Shown in pieces: positions 18,051-28,010 of a stretch of DNA of 64,000 nt (its first letter is position 1; each line of letters opens with the position of its first letter). The translations under genes were made by a program, and so were the position numbers. The notes beneath the pieces were generated by a model. That model ran no database searches, had not been told where the DNA came from, and saw only the letters and a program-made list of their open reading frames with translations. Source of the DNA: Desulfobacterales bacterium (GTDB lineage Bacteria; Desulfobacterota; Desulfobacteria; Desulfobacterales; JAQWFD01); contig JAQWFD010000008.1 in the NCBI GenBank assembly GCA_028704555.1, forward strand, positions 14,608-78,607. The letters are read 5' to 3'.

Positions 18051-18852
18051 TTCAAACCTCCCACCTACATAGTTAAGTTTTCCTCACGCCCTAAACCCGG
18101 ATATGGATTTTTTAAGGCAGCACTATCAACTTTAGAAATCCTTTCCCATAGTCTTTACTTACTGTTTCAACATTCAGGCTGGCGGATGCATCGCAATATA
18201 AGTCTCAACGCTTATGCTACCCAAGCTCATAAAATCTTTTTTTTGAGCCTTAATCCCCGTTTTAAAATGGGGAATTTTCACAAACCATCCCTCATGTTCT
18301 TTATGTTACAGTAAAAATTGCATTGAGTCAGGTTTTCTAAATTTATCAAATTAAATTTTTTAAAAGAATTAGCTTTTTTCCCAAAATAGCAAATTAAAGT
18401 CAAGAAAAAACTTCATCTTATTTTTTATGACATAAACTCGTTAAGGCATTTTACCCGTCCGCCAATTGGCTTCCGCCAAATTCAGATAGAGTATCAGCTG
18501 TCAGCCTGACCGGTTTATATCTATCGAGGCGAATGACAATTGAGCGCAGCTCGTTTGCATCCATAAAATCGACTTTTTTACCGTCAGGATCGAAAACACC
18601 CGCCCGTGTCCATCTTTTGAAAACCAAATTTCAGAAAACCAGTCCGTCAACAGATCATAGGCCAGATGCGGTTGCTTATTTTTGTTCTCCAGTGTAAATA
18701 GGGTTTATTCTGTCATTCGGGTCTCTCACAACAGCATAAAAATAAACTCGCGATTTTATGCGTTGAGCTGCCGGAGCCCTGAAGATTGTTCACCCTATCA
18801 ACGGCTGTCAGGTCACACAGCCCTCACTTCACGCGTTGCAGGAAAATTGGTT

Positions 18853-19731
18853 ATGAAACCATCTTTTGCCATTATTGGATGCGGAAAAGTCGGTACGACA
18901 CTGGCCAACTTTTTGACTCAGGCCGGATACAAATCAGCCGGCATGGCCAGCAAAACCCTGGCATCGGCACGCAATGCCGCTGACCTGGCCGGAATCGGAA
19001 AATTCAGCAAAATCAACTGGGACATTTCCCGGTCTGCAGATATTATCTTTATCACGACACCGGACAGCGTCATCGTCGAGGCCTGTCTCCAGATCGCAGA
19101 CAACGGCGGTTTTTCGGAACAATCCATCGTATTCCATTGCAGCGGATTGTTGTCATCCAGAATCCTATCCCCGGCGAGGCGATGCGGTGCGGCCATCGGT
19201 TCAATGCACCCCCTGCAGAGTTTTGCATCAAAACAGATCACACAAAACCCGTTCAAGGACATTATCATCTCAGCAGAAGGCGATCCGGAAGCCGTTTCCG
19301 CTGCCCGGATCATTTCAACGGATCTTGGGGCGCAATTTATGGAAATCAAAACCGAGGCGAAAACGCTTTATCACGCCTCGGCGGTGGTGGTATCAAACTA
19401 TCTGGTCACCCTGCTGGATCTGGCCTTCAAGCTCATTAAAGATGCGGGAGTGCCGGACAAAGAAGCCTTTAAGCTGTTTAAGCCCCTGATAGAAGGCACG
19501 CTTTCAAACATTGAAAACGTCGGGATTCCCCAGGCGTTGACCGGCCCCATCGAAAGAGGGGACGCCGAAACCATCGTCACCCATATGGATGAAATTCAGT
19601 CGAAAAAGCCTGAACTCCTTTCCCTTTACAGACAGCTGGGGATTCATACCATTGACATCGCAACCGCAAAGGGCTCTCTGTCACACGCTGCGGTTCAAAA
19701 ACTCGAAGAAGTCTTCCTCCGGAAAATATGA
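18853..19731 (+). CDS. Rossmann-fold + DUF2520-type oxidoreductase (PanG-like putative ketopantoate reductase)
   Basis: MKPSFAIIGCGKVGTTLANFL is a dinucleotide-binding fold. The overall look is of the Rossmann-like/DUF2520 family. The tracked start at 18682 adds an implausible 57-aa leader. Convergent with panB. Confidence 0.6.
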   Translation: MKPSFAIIGCGKVGTTLANFLTQAGYKSAGMASKTLASARNAADLAGIGKFSKINWDISRSADIIFITTPDSVIVEACLQIADNGGFSEQSIVFHCSGLLSSRILSPARRCGAAIGSMHPLQSFASKQITQNPFKDIIISAEGDPEAVSAARIISTDLGAQFMEIKTEAKTLYHASAVVVSNYLVTLLDLAFKLIKDAGVPDKEAFKLFKPLIEGTLSNIENVGIPQALTGPIERGDAETIVTHMDEIQSKKPELLSLYRQLGIHTIDIATAKGSLSHAAVQKLEEVFLRKI

Positions 19732-19790
19732 CGGTCTAGCAGGATTACCCCATCGCATCGGGTAAACCGTTGTATTGGCATGCAGATATA

Positions 19791-19841
19791 AAAACGGGTT
19801 TTCACTTCAGCCACCCGGAAGCTGAAGCGAAAACCCGTTTT
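19791..19841. terminator. Bidirectional terminator between convergent genes
   Basis: aaaacgggttttcacttcagc / gctgaagcgaaaacccgtttt: a 21-bp stem with 1 mismatch, and A/T runs on both sides. Confidence 0.8.
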
Positions 19842-19863
19842 TTAGGAATGAACCCGTTTGTGG

Positions 19864-20712
19864 TTATTTATCGAGGATCTGGATCAATTTTTCAATTTCT
19901 TCGGCCTTCATGGTAAAGCTGTGCTTTGCTTCCGGAAAGCGCCTGTTTTCCACTTCATCCTTGTATTGCGCAATCGCATCTGAGATCGCACTCCCGATAG
20001 CGGCAAACTGTTTTACAAACTTGGGGACAAATTTGTCAAACAGCCCGACCATATCGTGCGTCACCAGAACCTGGCCGTCGCACTTAACCCCGGCGCCAAT
20101 GCCTATGGTGGGAATCGAGACGGCTTCGGTGATCATCTCGGCAATCGGTGCGGGAATCGCTTCCAGAACCAGAGAAAAGCATCCGACCGCCTCAAGGGCT
20201 TTGGCATCTTCGATCAACTGGCGGGCCGCTGCTGCATTTTTGCCCTGCACCTTGAATCCGCCGAGCGCAGAGGCGGTCTGGGGCGTCAGTCCGATATGCC
20301 CCTGAACCGGGATTCCGGCGTTGACGATCGCTTCCACAACGGGCGCCATGACTTTTCCGCCTTCCAGCTTCACGGCATCCGCCCGACCCTCTTTCATGAT
20401 CCGGTTGGCATTTTCAACCGCCTTTTCAACCGACACGTTATAAGAGCCGAACGGCATATCACCGACAACCAGTGAATGTTTCACAACCCGTGTAACGATT
20501 TTAATATGATGCATCATCTCATCCATAGTTACCGATACCGTATCCGGGTACCCCAGAACCACCATACCCAGAGAATCGCCCACCAGAATCATATCAATAC
20601 CGGCCTGATCTACCAGAAGCGCCCAGGGGTAATCATATGCGGTCAGCATGGTAATGGCTTTCGGATCTTTCTTTCGGGCCCTGATCTCGGGTACAGTCAC
20701 TTTTTTCTGCAT
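19864..20712 (-). CDS. panB: 3-methyl-2-oxobutanoate hydroxymethyltransferase
   Basis: 282 aa. ITMLTAYDYPWALLVDQAGIDMILVGDSLGMVVLGY is canonical PanB. Confidence 0.95.
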   Translation of the reverse strand: MQKKVTVPEIRARKKDPKAITMLTAYDYPWALLVDQAGIDMILVGDSLGMVVLGYPDTVSVTMDEMMHHIKIVTRVVKHSLVVGDMPFGSYNVSVEKAVENANRIMKEGRADAVKLEGGKVMAPVVEAIVNAGIPVQGHIGLTPQTASALGGFKVQGKNAAAARQLIEDAKALEAVGCFSLVLEAIPAPIAEMITEAVSIPTIGIGAGVKCDGQVLVTHDMVGLFDKFVPKFVKQFAAIGSAISDAIAQYKDEVENRRFPEAKHSFTMKAEEIEKLIQILDK

Positions 20713-21159
20713 GTCTATTCTCCTGCGATTTATTTTTTTCGAACTCGTTCAATATCCGGGTAGCGTACCATTTTCACCATAATTAAATCCAGAGCTATTC
20801 GGTGTCAATGTCTTTTTTTACTTCAACCGGGACAGTTCGCCATCCCCGCTGTATTTCGTTGCTGACTGACGGGATGATACAATCCGCTCTATCCGGCAAT
20901 TTAATACCCGAAGTTAAGACAAAAAATCCCGGCATATCGTAGCCCAGGCAGCAAATCCTATAATGCAGTTTTTCACGATCATAAAATATTGTCAGATTTA
21001 CCGGGGGGATACATGGTGCACATTGAGGATTTATTCACGGGACCGGTAAAAACCGGAGGGTGCCTGACTACCGAAAAACTGCGAACCGATACCGATGCAG
21101 GCACGATTCTTCGGCATCGATTCGAAAACATCATCGTTCGATCTGCAAACTTACCGGTT

Positions 21160-24144
21160 TTATATCTGATGCAGCTCCAGGGGATATTGCCCGAGTTTTT
21201 CATTTGCGCGTTTAAGCGCCTCTTCTCCCGAAATCACAACCACTGCACTCTTCTGCGAATGACGATCAAAATACGTTTCCGCAACACGCATCACTTCCCG
21301 ACGGGTCATCGACAGCAGCCTGCTTTTGAATTCCTGCCTCTGCTCGTCTGACAGCGAAACAATCTTCCTGAAAAACGCATTTCTGGCAGCCGGACCGGGG
21401 GGATCGGGTCTGTCAATTTCAGAACATACCTGAAGCACAGCTTCTTTTATATCTCCATCCGTGCAGGCACCGGATCGGATAAAGGCCTCCCCCCCCTCAT
21501 ATACCTTCAAAGTGGAGGCTATGTGCGGATCCCTGTAGGAGGCAAAACCGAAAAGGCCGTTTTCCGAATTATATACCGCAAATCCCCCATAGGCTCCGCC
21601 CTTTTCACGGATTTCACGATGCAAATACATCGACCTGAGAAGCTTGCTGATCACTGACAACGCCGGCGCATCTTCGTGCCCCATTCGAACGGCCTTGAAC
21701 ATCCGGGCCACAAATGAAACGGACGTCGACGTACTCCACCCTTCTCTCGGAATGTAGTCATCCACATCAATCGGAGGAGGCACAAACCCGTCTGACGGCC
21801 CGCTGTCAAGTTTCTCCTGAAGCGAGGCAATCTTCGAGCCTGCCGTCGTAAGCAAGTCCTCTTCACCAACCAGAGCCGCCCGGATGTTCTGCCTTCCAAT
21901 AAGCACACCGGCAATCCGGGACATATCCTGCGACAGCGACTCGAGCGTTTCGTCCGTCAAGTCATCGGTCAGCGTTTTTAAAACTTTGAGCTGGAAAATC
22001 CCGTTCCATTGCTCACTCAATGCGCAGGTACGGGAAAAATTCCTGGAAGCCAGGGATATGGCGAACCCGTGTCCATTTTGCACCACCATGGACTCTATAC
22101 CGGCCCTGTACTGGAGAAGAAGTTTTTTCAATCGATTCAGATCGGAATAGTCCCCTTCACAAAGAAGCTCATCCAGAAGCTCAAACATCTGATCCTGATT
22201 TCTCGCCAGACACTTACCACCCAGGAGTGCGAACGGCAGGCATACCCCGTCACTGTCAAAGCGGGTTCGGGCATTGATCGACAACCCGATCCCGCCGGTA
22301 TACAGATCCATCCGGCGGGCAATTTCTGTATAGTCACGACGACGGGTTCCCATCTTGGAAAAGGCATAACAGAAAAATGGGACCAGAGAAAGTAACGGGC
22401 CGGCCACCTGACCGGCGCCGAAAGCAGCTGAAACATATAAAATCCCCGATGTCGGTTGCTGATAACAGGTCGCCGGCACATCCGGAAAGCTGCTATTCTC
22501 TTTGACGATATCCACCTCAGGAGGGATATCCTCCAGCCCCAGAGTAGGAAGACACGAAACATCTTCCTGAAACTCCTGCAGCGCTTTTAAGGCATCGGCA
22601 TCTTTGATGATTTGATCCAGTTCGGAACGTGTCATCCCTTCCAGTCTCCGTTCCAGCGCCTGCACCACCTCCCCGGCTTCCCGGCTCTCTTTCAACTGAT
22701 CCGGGATCAGTTTGAGCAAGACCCGATGAGGATTATCCAGAAAATAGCGTTGTATTCTCTGTTCAAAAAAGGGCCCTTTTTCCAGTTCGCTGTCGAGGCG
22801 ACGCAAATCCGCGTCGAACTGAAGGGCATTGACCGGATCACCACCATGAAACCAGCTTCCGGAAAATTCCAGCAACAGTTTCAATCCATAGGGATAGGGT
22901 TGATTTGTTACTTCTTTACGATAAAATTCCAGCTGATGAACCGCCGAATCAATCAGTTCTCTTTCGATCCCATTGGCCACCAGCTCCTGGAAAACGTTAA
23001 CGATAATTGACTCGATCCGGTCTGCCGAAGATTCCTCCACATCTTTGAGCCCGCAGGCAAACGAAGTATCACGATGCTCCCCGTCATAACCGGTTCCATC
23101 ACTCAGCGATGTTCCGAGTCCGGAATCGATCAGCGCCTTTCGAAGTGGTGATGCGGCGTTTCCCAGCAGAATCTGTTCCAGCAGCGTCAGAGCCAGAATT
23201 TCGAATGAATCCCGGATATCGGCCATCAACCATGCCATACTGATTTGACACTTTTTCAACGGGTCTTCATTTTTCCCCAGCGGATAGGTATAAGTAGCCG
23301 TTTTGGGGGTGGTCCATCGAGGTTGTGGCGGCACGTCGGTTTCCGGATCAATCCGGGTAAAATGAGTTAATACCTTTTCCTGAATAAATGTCAGGTGCTC
23401 TTCCAGGGGAAGATTTCCGTAAGTATAAAAAAACGCATTGCTCGGATGATAATGCCTCCGGTGAAATTCTACCAATTCCTGATGAGTCAATTTCGGAATC
23501 TCAGAAGGCTCGCCACCGGAGTTGAATCGGTAGGTGGAAGACGGATAAAGAGCATTCATGAGGGATCTCTCCATAACCTGATCCGGCGACGACATGGCCC
23601 CTTTCATTTCATTGTATACAACGCCCTTGTACACAAGTCGTGCAGGATCTTTTCCTGTAGTAGTCTCCAGCTCCAGCCGATGTCCTTCCTGCTTGAAGCT
23701 CAGATCATTGAGATTCGGAAAAAAGACGGCGTCGAGATACACATCCAGAATGTTGTAAAAATCTTTCCGATTCTGTGTACAAAACGGATACATGGTCCAG
23801 TCAGACGCCGTAAAGGCGTTCATGAACGTGCTGAGCCCCCTTTTCAACATTGAAAAAAAAGGGTCCCGTACCGGATACCTGCGTGAACCGCATAAAACCG
23901 TATGCTCCAGAATATGAGCCACCCCGGTCGAATCTTCCGGAACCGTTTTAAACGCAACACTGAAGGTATTTTCCTTGTCACGGCTACTGATATGAACGTG
24001 CCTGCACCCTGTCGCCATATGCTCAAGTTCATAGAACACACCGTGTTGATCTTTGAGTTCCACGATTTTTTTCAATCGATAGCCACAGATATTCGCTCCT
24101 TCACTTAACACCGAAGAATGACCAGACGCAGGCACGTTCATCAT
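21160..24144 (-). CDS. M16C-family zinc metalloprotease (PreP/insulinase-like)
   Basis: 994 aa. Inverted zinc motif HILEH (HxxEH). Four-domain length typical of presequence-protease-like enzymes. Confidence 0.85.
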   Translation of the reverse strand: MMNVPASGHSSVLSEGANICGYRLKKIVELKDQHGVFYELEHMATGCRHVHISSRDKENTFSVAFKTVPEDSTGVAHILEHTVLCGSRRYPVRDPFFSMLKRGLSTFMNAFTASDWTMYPFCTQNRKDFYNILDVYLDAVFFPNLNDLSFKQEGHRLELETTTGKDPARLVYKGVVYNEMKGAMSSPDQVMERSLMNALYPSSTYRFNSGGEPSEIPKLTHQELVEFHRRHYHPSNAFFYTYGNLPLEEHLTFIQEKVLTHFTRIDPETDVPPQPRWTTPKTATYTYPLGKNEDPLKKCQISMAWLMADIRDSFEILALTLLEQILLGNAASPLRKALIDSGLGTSLSDGTGYDGEHRDTSFACGLKDVEESSADRIESIIVNVFQELVANGIERELIDSAVHQLEFYRKEVTNQPYPYGLKLLLEFSGSWFHGGDPVNALQFDADLRRLDSELEKGPFFEQRIQRYFLDNPHRVLLKLIPDQLKESREAGEVVQALERRLEGMTRSELDQIIKDADALKALQEFQEDVSCLPTLGLEDIPPEVDIVKENSSFPDVPATCYQQPTSGILYVSAAFGAGQVAGPLLSLVPFFCYAFSKMGTRRRDYTEIARRMDLYTGGIGLSINARTRFDSDGVCLPFALLGGKCLARNQDQMFELLDELLCEGDYSDLNRLKKLLLQYRAGIESMVVQNGHGFAISLASRNFSRTCALSEQWNGIFQLKVLKTLTDDLTDETLESLSQDMSRIAGVLIGRQNIRAALVGEEDLLTTAGSKIASLQEKLDSGPSDGFVPPPIDVDDYIPREGWSTSTSVSFVARMFKAVRMGHEDAPALSVISKLLRSMYLHREIREKGGAYGGFAVYNSENGLFGFASYRDPHIASTLKVYEGGEAFIRSGACTDGDIKEAVLQVCSEIDRPDPPGPAARNAFFRKIVSLSDEQRQEFKSRLLSMTRREVMRVAETYFDRHSQKSAVVVISGEEALKRANEKLGQYPLELHQI

Positions 24145-24259
24145 TGAGACCTCTCAAGTTTCATGGGGTACGGAAAACTGTACATCATTTTAACCTTATC
24201 CCTGGATATAAATAGAAAACAAATATCAACCCCTGTCCATCATAAAGACATATCAGTCT

Positions 24260-24667
24260 TTATTCCTCTTCAGGCGCAGATGAAGATGACGCTGAACCGA
24301 CATAAATGCCGCGACTTTTACGCGTAATTTTGCCCAGTTTGGTTAAACGATAAATAATGTTTCGAAGTTTCTTTTCTTCGAATCCGGTTCGAGCCTGAAT
24401 TTCTGTAAAATCAACACCCTGTTTGAATTTTGTTATAATCTCCAGGACCATATCCGATGCGGACATGGCGGGTCTTCCCAGCGCACCGGCTGCGATACCT
24501 CTGGCGTATCGTCTGTTTTTCCCGTAAGATGAAGTTTTGACCATTTTTTCGAGCCGATCCATCCGGGCAATCACCTTATCGAAGTCTTTTGTTGTCGGGA
24601 TGTTATAATTCTGCATGAAAAACTTGACCATTGCGTCAAAGCTTACTGTTTTTCCTTTTTTTCTCAT
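24260..24667 (-). CDS. Hypothetical protein with probable C-terminal winged-helix
   Basis: 135-aa ORF with RBS aggaggc. The C-terminus MVLEIITKFKQGVDFTEIQARTGFEEKKLRNIIYRLTKLGKI looks wHTH-like. No family recognised. Confidence 0.5.
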   Translation of the reverse strand: MRKKGKTVSFDAMVKFFMQNYNIPTTKDFDKVIARMDRLEKMVKTSSYGKNRRYARGIAAGALGRPAMSASDMVLEIITKFKQGVDFTEIQARTGFEEKKLRNIIYRLTKLGKITRKSRGIYVGSASSSSAPEEE

Positions 24668-25143
24668 CGCTAAAGCCTCCTTAACAAGTTGAATTAATAA
24701 CCATAATCATCAGCACCATAATCATCGGCAGAAAGCACAGTTAAATTTTCATGCCAATTACTTAATATTACATCAAAAGTCAATACTTTAATGTCTTCGC
24801 CAAAATCAGCAGAATGAACCCTGCACTGCCTGCCGCCATAACTTTCATCGACCTGATCCGACATTACGGAACTTAATTTGCGGATTTTAACTGTTCATAA
24901 TCAGATAATTACAGTTCCATATCCGTTAAGATAAGAGTGTATCGGTTAATTGCAATGCTTCACAGCTGTATTTTTGATTTCCAGTTTAAACTTCAGATAA
25001 AAATTTCTATACTATAGATACCTAAGTTTAGCCTTAAACTCAACCTCTTATATATCCCTGGCAAAACAATATTTTAAAATATTTCAATCCATGCTATACA
25101 GGGCGGATTGAAAATAAATATCAAAACGCATTCCCGGTTTCAT

Positions 25144-25623
25144 ATGAACATAAAATTAAAAGCAAAAAATTTCATTCATCGGTTCAAACGACTCAACGGC
25201 GATCCGCATTATGTCGCGCTGGGCATGGCTATCGGTATCTTTGTCGCTGTCACACCGACAATCCCCTTTCATACCCTGATTGCACTGTCGCTGGCATTCA
25301 TATGCCGTGCCAGCAAACCGGCGGCGGCAATCGGGGTCTGGATCAGCAATCCTGTCACGATTCCCGTGTTCTACTATGGCAGCTATAAAGTCGGCATGCA
25401 CGTCATGGGCATTTGTTCACCGTTTGATGAAAATCGGATCGACATCTCCGAGCTGTTGAACCAGGGAGTTGAAATTACCGTTGCCATGATTACCGGCGGA
25501 ATCATTCTTGGCGTTATTCCCGGAATAGCGGCTTACTGGATCACCCGTAAAATCGTGACCGCCATACGGCCTGCCGCCACAGGCAAGCCCTCGGAAATCC
25601 ACCCTTTCACCGATAAAGAATAA
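25144..25623 (+). CDS. DUF2062-family membrane protein
   Basis: GDPHYVALGMAIGIFVAVTPTIPFHTLIALSLAF...WISNPVTIPVFYY pattern. The tracked TTG start is 25108; ATG 25144 is equally possible. Confidence 0.65.
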   Translation: MNIKLKAKNFIHRFKRLNGDPHYVALGMAIGIFVAVTPTIPFHTLIALSLAFICRASKPAAAIGVWISNPVTIPVFYYGSYKVGMHVMGICSPFDENRIDISELLNQGVEITVAMITGGIILGVIPGIAAYWITRKIVTAIRPAATGKPSEIHPFTDKE

Positions 25624-25627
25624 CACT

Positions 25628-26485
25628 ATGACGTCACCCGCAGCACTTCTCAACAAGTGGAACATTCAGGCAAAAAAGCAATACGGCCAGAATTTCCTGT
25701 CTGATTCGTCCATTGCGCAGTCCATCGCATCCCGTTCCGGGGTTGGCCCGAAAGATGTGGTCCTTGAGATAGGCGCAGGCCTCGGCGCGCTGACGATTCC
25801 GCTTTCAAAAATCGCCGGGAAGATATATGCCATTGAAAAAGATCCCCGGATCATTCCGATATTACAGGACGAACTGGACAGCCATCATATTGACAACATC
25901 GTCTTATTGAACGAAAACATTCTAACGGTCGATATCGAACACGTTGCCGAAGACAAGAACCGGAAAATTGTTATCGTCGGCAACCTCCCGTACAATATAT
26001 CCTCCCAGATACTGGTCCGGATGATCCGCTCAAGACACATCATTCATCATGCGGTCCTGATGTTTCAAAAAGAACTGGCCCAGCGGATTAAAGCAACTCC
26101 GGGAAACCGGGATTACGGACGGTTGTCTGCCATGCTCCAATATTGCGCCGATATTAAAACGTTAACTGAAGTCAAGGCCTCTGCCTTCTTTCCTAAGCCC
26201 AAAATAGACTCTGAAGTACTTTATGTCCAATTTAAAAAAGAAATCCCTCTGCCTGCAACAGATGAAGACTTGCTCTTCAAAGTCATTAAAGCGGCATTTG
26301 GGCAGCGCCGTAAAACGTTGAAAAATTCATTGGCCGGAAGTCAGCTTCCGATGGATGCAGCTACCGCTGGAAGCGTTCTGGAGCAATCCGGCATTGATCC
26401 TTCCAGACGTGCCGAAACGCTGTCAATAGACGAATTTACCGTACTTAGCAATAACGTTGTTCCTTATACAACCGATTCTGTTTAA
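25628..26485 (+). CDS. rsmA: 16S rRNA (adenine1518/1519-N6)-dimethyltransferase
   Basis: KKQYGQNFLSD, EIGAGLGALT and GNLPYNISS motifs. Confidence 0.95.
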   Translation: MTSPAALLNKWNIQAKKQYGQNFLSDSSIAQSIASRSGVGPKDVVLEIGAGLGALTIPLSKIAGKIYAIEKDPRIIPILQDELDSHHIDNIVLLNENILTVDIEHVAEDKNRKIVIVGNLPYNISSQILVRMIRSRHIIHHAVLMFQKELAQRIKATPGNRDYGRLSAMLQYCADIKTLTEVKASAFFPKPKIDSEVLYVQFKKEIPLPATDEDLLFKVIKAAFGQRRKTLKNSLAGSQLPMDAATAGSVLEQSGIDPSRRAETLSIDEFTVLSNNVVPYTTDSV

Positions 26486-26633
26486 TTTCGACCGCTCTTG
26501 ACAGGACAGGCAGTACATCAGAGCAGACCCTGACATTTCCTGAAGCAGATAACTGCGGCGCCGACCTCGGTCGCTACCGGATCTGCATCATCGTTTGCCG
26601 CTAAAGAGCAAACCTGCATGGCCGGGCAGCACC

Positions 26634-27890
26634 CTACATGCTCTCGGCTACCGAAACCGTTCGGTCGCCAAATATGTTGACATAGCTGCCCAACTCGTTA
26701 TCATACCACCCGTATATCACTGCCTGAGTAACGGGTATCCGAATGATCATATCTTTCAGCGACTCTTTGACTTGAGGCCCCAGCCCCGGCACATGCCCCA
26801 GATCAATGCTGGCTTCGGCAGTCCGGGTATGCGTTTCATGGGCTTCAATGATCGTTGCGACCCTGGGCATTCCGATAATATCGCAGGACACATTCTGCTT
26901 TTCCGTATAATACAGATACTGATTCGGATCCTCTTCCGCTGCCTGCTGATATATTCTGTTGATCAGATCCCGCCGGACCGGTTCCCCGGTCAGCCTTTCC
27001 TGCAGGTTGACCACGAGTATAATCAAAGATCCGGTGGTCGTAGGTACCCTGACGGATTCAGCAATAAAGCCAATTTTACCCATTTCCGGTATCACAAGGC
27101 TCAATGCCTGGGCAGCACCGGTCGTCGTCAGGATAATATTATTCAGGATGCTTCTGTTTTTTCTCAAATCACTGGCACCGGATTTCGGCAGACGATCCAG
27201 TACCGCCTGCGAACCGGTCGCGGCGTGAATGGTGGTCATGGAAGCGGACATAATCTTGTCAGCGCCGAAATAGTTGAGCAACGGTTTAATCATATGCGCC
27301 AGACACGTAGTCGTACAGGATGCATTGGATACAATCTTATGTACCCGGGGGTCATAATCATTATGATTTATGCCCATCACGGTGGTTACAGCATCCTCCG
27401 GCATCGGTCGGCTTTTATCCTTTATTTTAAATGGTGCGGATACGAGAACTTTCTCAGCCCCCATCACCAGATGCCCACGAACCGATCCGCCCGGATGGTC
27501 CGGCGGCAGGGTCGGGTCCAAAAATTTTCCGGTGGTATCTACCACCAGCCGGACCCCTTCATCCCCCCAGTGGATATCGGCCGGATTTCTATCGCTTCTG
27601 AGCACTTTGATTTTTACGCCATCAATTCTCATGCAACCGCTGGCCTCATCCACTTCTTCGATCAATGGCTTCGAATAATATCCATATAAACATCCCTGAA
27701 GCGATCCATAGGTCGAATCATGCTGGAGATAATCGGCGACACTTTCAAGGCCTTGGCCCACGCCACGGCCGACATTCACAACAAGTTCATCAAAATATTT
27801 TCGCCCCAGATGATTCCATACCGTCAGTTTTCCAATTCTTCCCAATCCGTTTATGCCAAGCTTCAATGTCTGTATCCTCCTTTTCACCAT
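26634..27890 (-). CDS. Glyceraldehyde-3-phosphate dehydrogenase family protein, atypically long (about 419 aa)
   Basis: LGINGLGRIGK Rossmann motif. Catalytic SNASCTTTCLAH. C-terminal WYDNELGY-like YGWYDNELGSY. Start taken at MVKRR; the tracked start is 27914. Confidence 0.8.
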   Translation of the reverse strand: MVKRRIQTLKLGINGLGRIGKLTVWNHLGRKYFDELVVNVGRGVGQGLESVADYLQHDSTYGSLQGCLYGYYSKPLIEEVDEASGCMRIDGVKIKVLRSDRNPADIHWGDEGVRLVVDTTGKFLDPTLPPDHPGGSVRGHLVMGAEKVLVSAPFKIKDKSRPMPEDAVTTVMGINHNDYDPRVHKIVSNASCTTTCLAHMIKPLLNYFGADKIMSASMTTIHAATGSQAVLDRLPKSGASDLRKNRSILNNIILTTTGAAQALSLVIPEMGKIGFIAESVRVPTTTGSLIILVVNLQERLTGEPVRRDLINRIYQQAAEEDPNQYLYYTEKQNVSCDIIGMPRVATIIEAHETHTRTAEASIDLGHVPGLGPQVKESLKDMIIRIPVTQAVIYGWYDNELGSYVNIFGDRTVSVAESM

Positions 27891-28010
27891 ATCGGCATCT
27901 TCACAAATACACACCGGTCAATTCCGGGCCGCCTCAATTCATTTCCCTTGTTACCAATTCAGCCATTCTGACAGAATTTGACCGTTCAAGCCGGATTCAT
28001 CATGTATCTT

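Noticed and set aside
18682-18852. 57-aa N-terminal extension of the DUF2520-type gene in the ORF track
   Set aside because: The extension is Ser/Arg/Cys-rich and lies upstream of the Rossmann GxGxxG, which normally sits at the extreme N-terminus. An internal ATG at 18853 gives the canonical start.
20989-21351. 120-aa + strand ORF starting downstream of the M16 protease gene
   Set aside because: Two thirds of it is antisense to the protease C-terminus, there is no RBS, and the unique part (MVHIEDLFTGPVKTGG...) has no recognisable features.
26595-27689. 364-aa + strand ORF over the GAPDH-like gene. The same pattern occurs at 16944-17732, 15960-16589, 30309-31178, 13404-14009, 39371-40069 and 42916-43644.
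   Set aside because: All are antisense or out-of-frame shadows of confidently identified genes and have skewed composition. They are treated as spurious.
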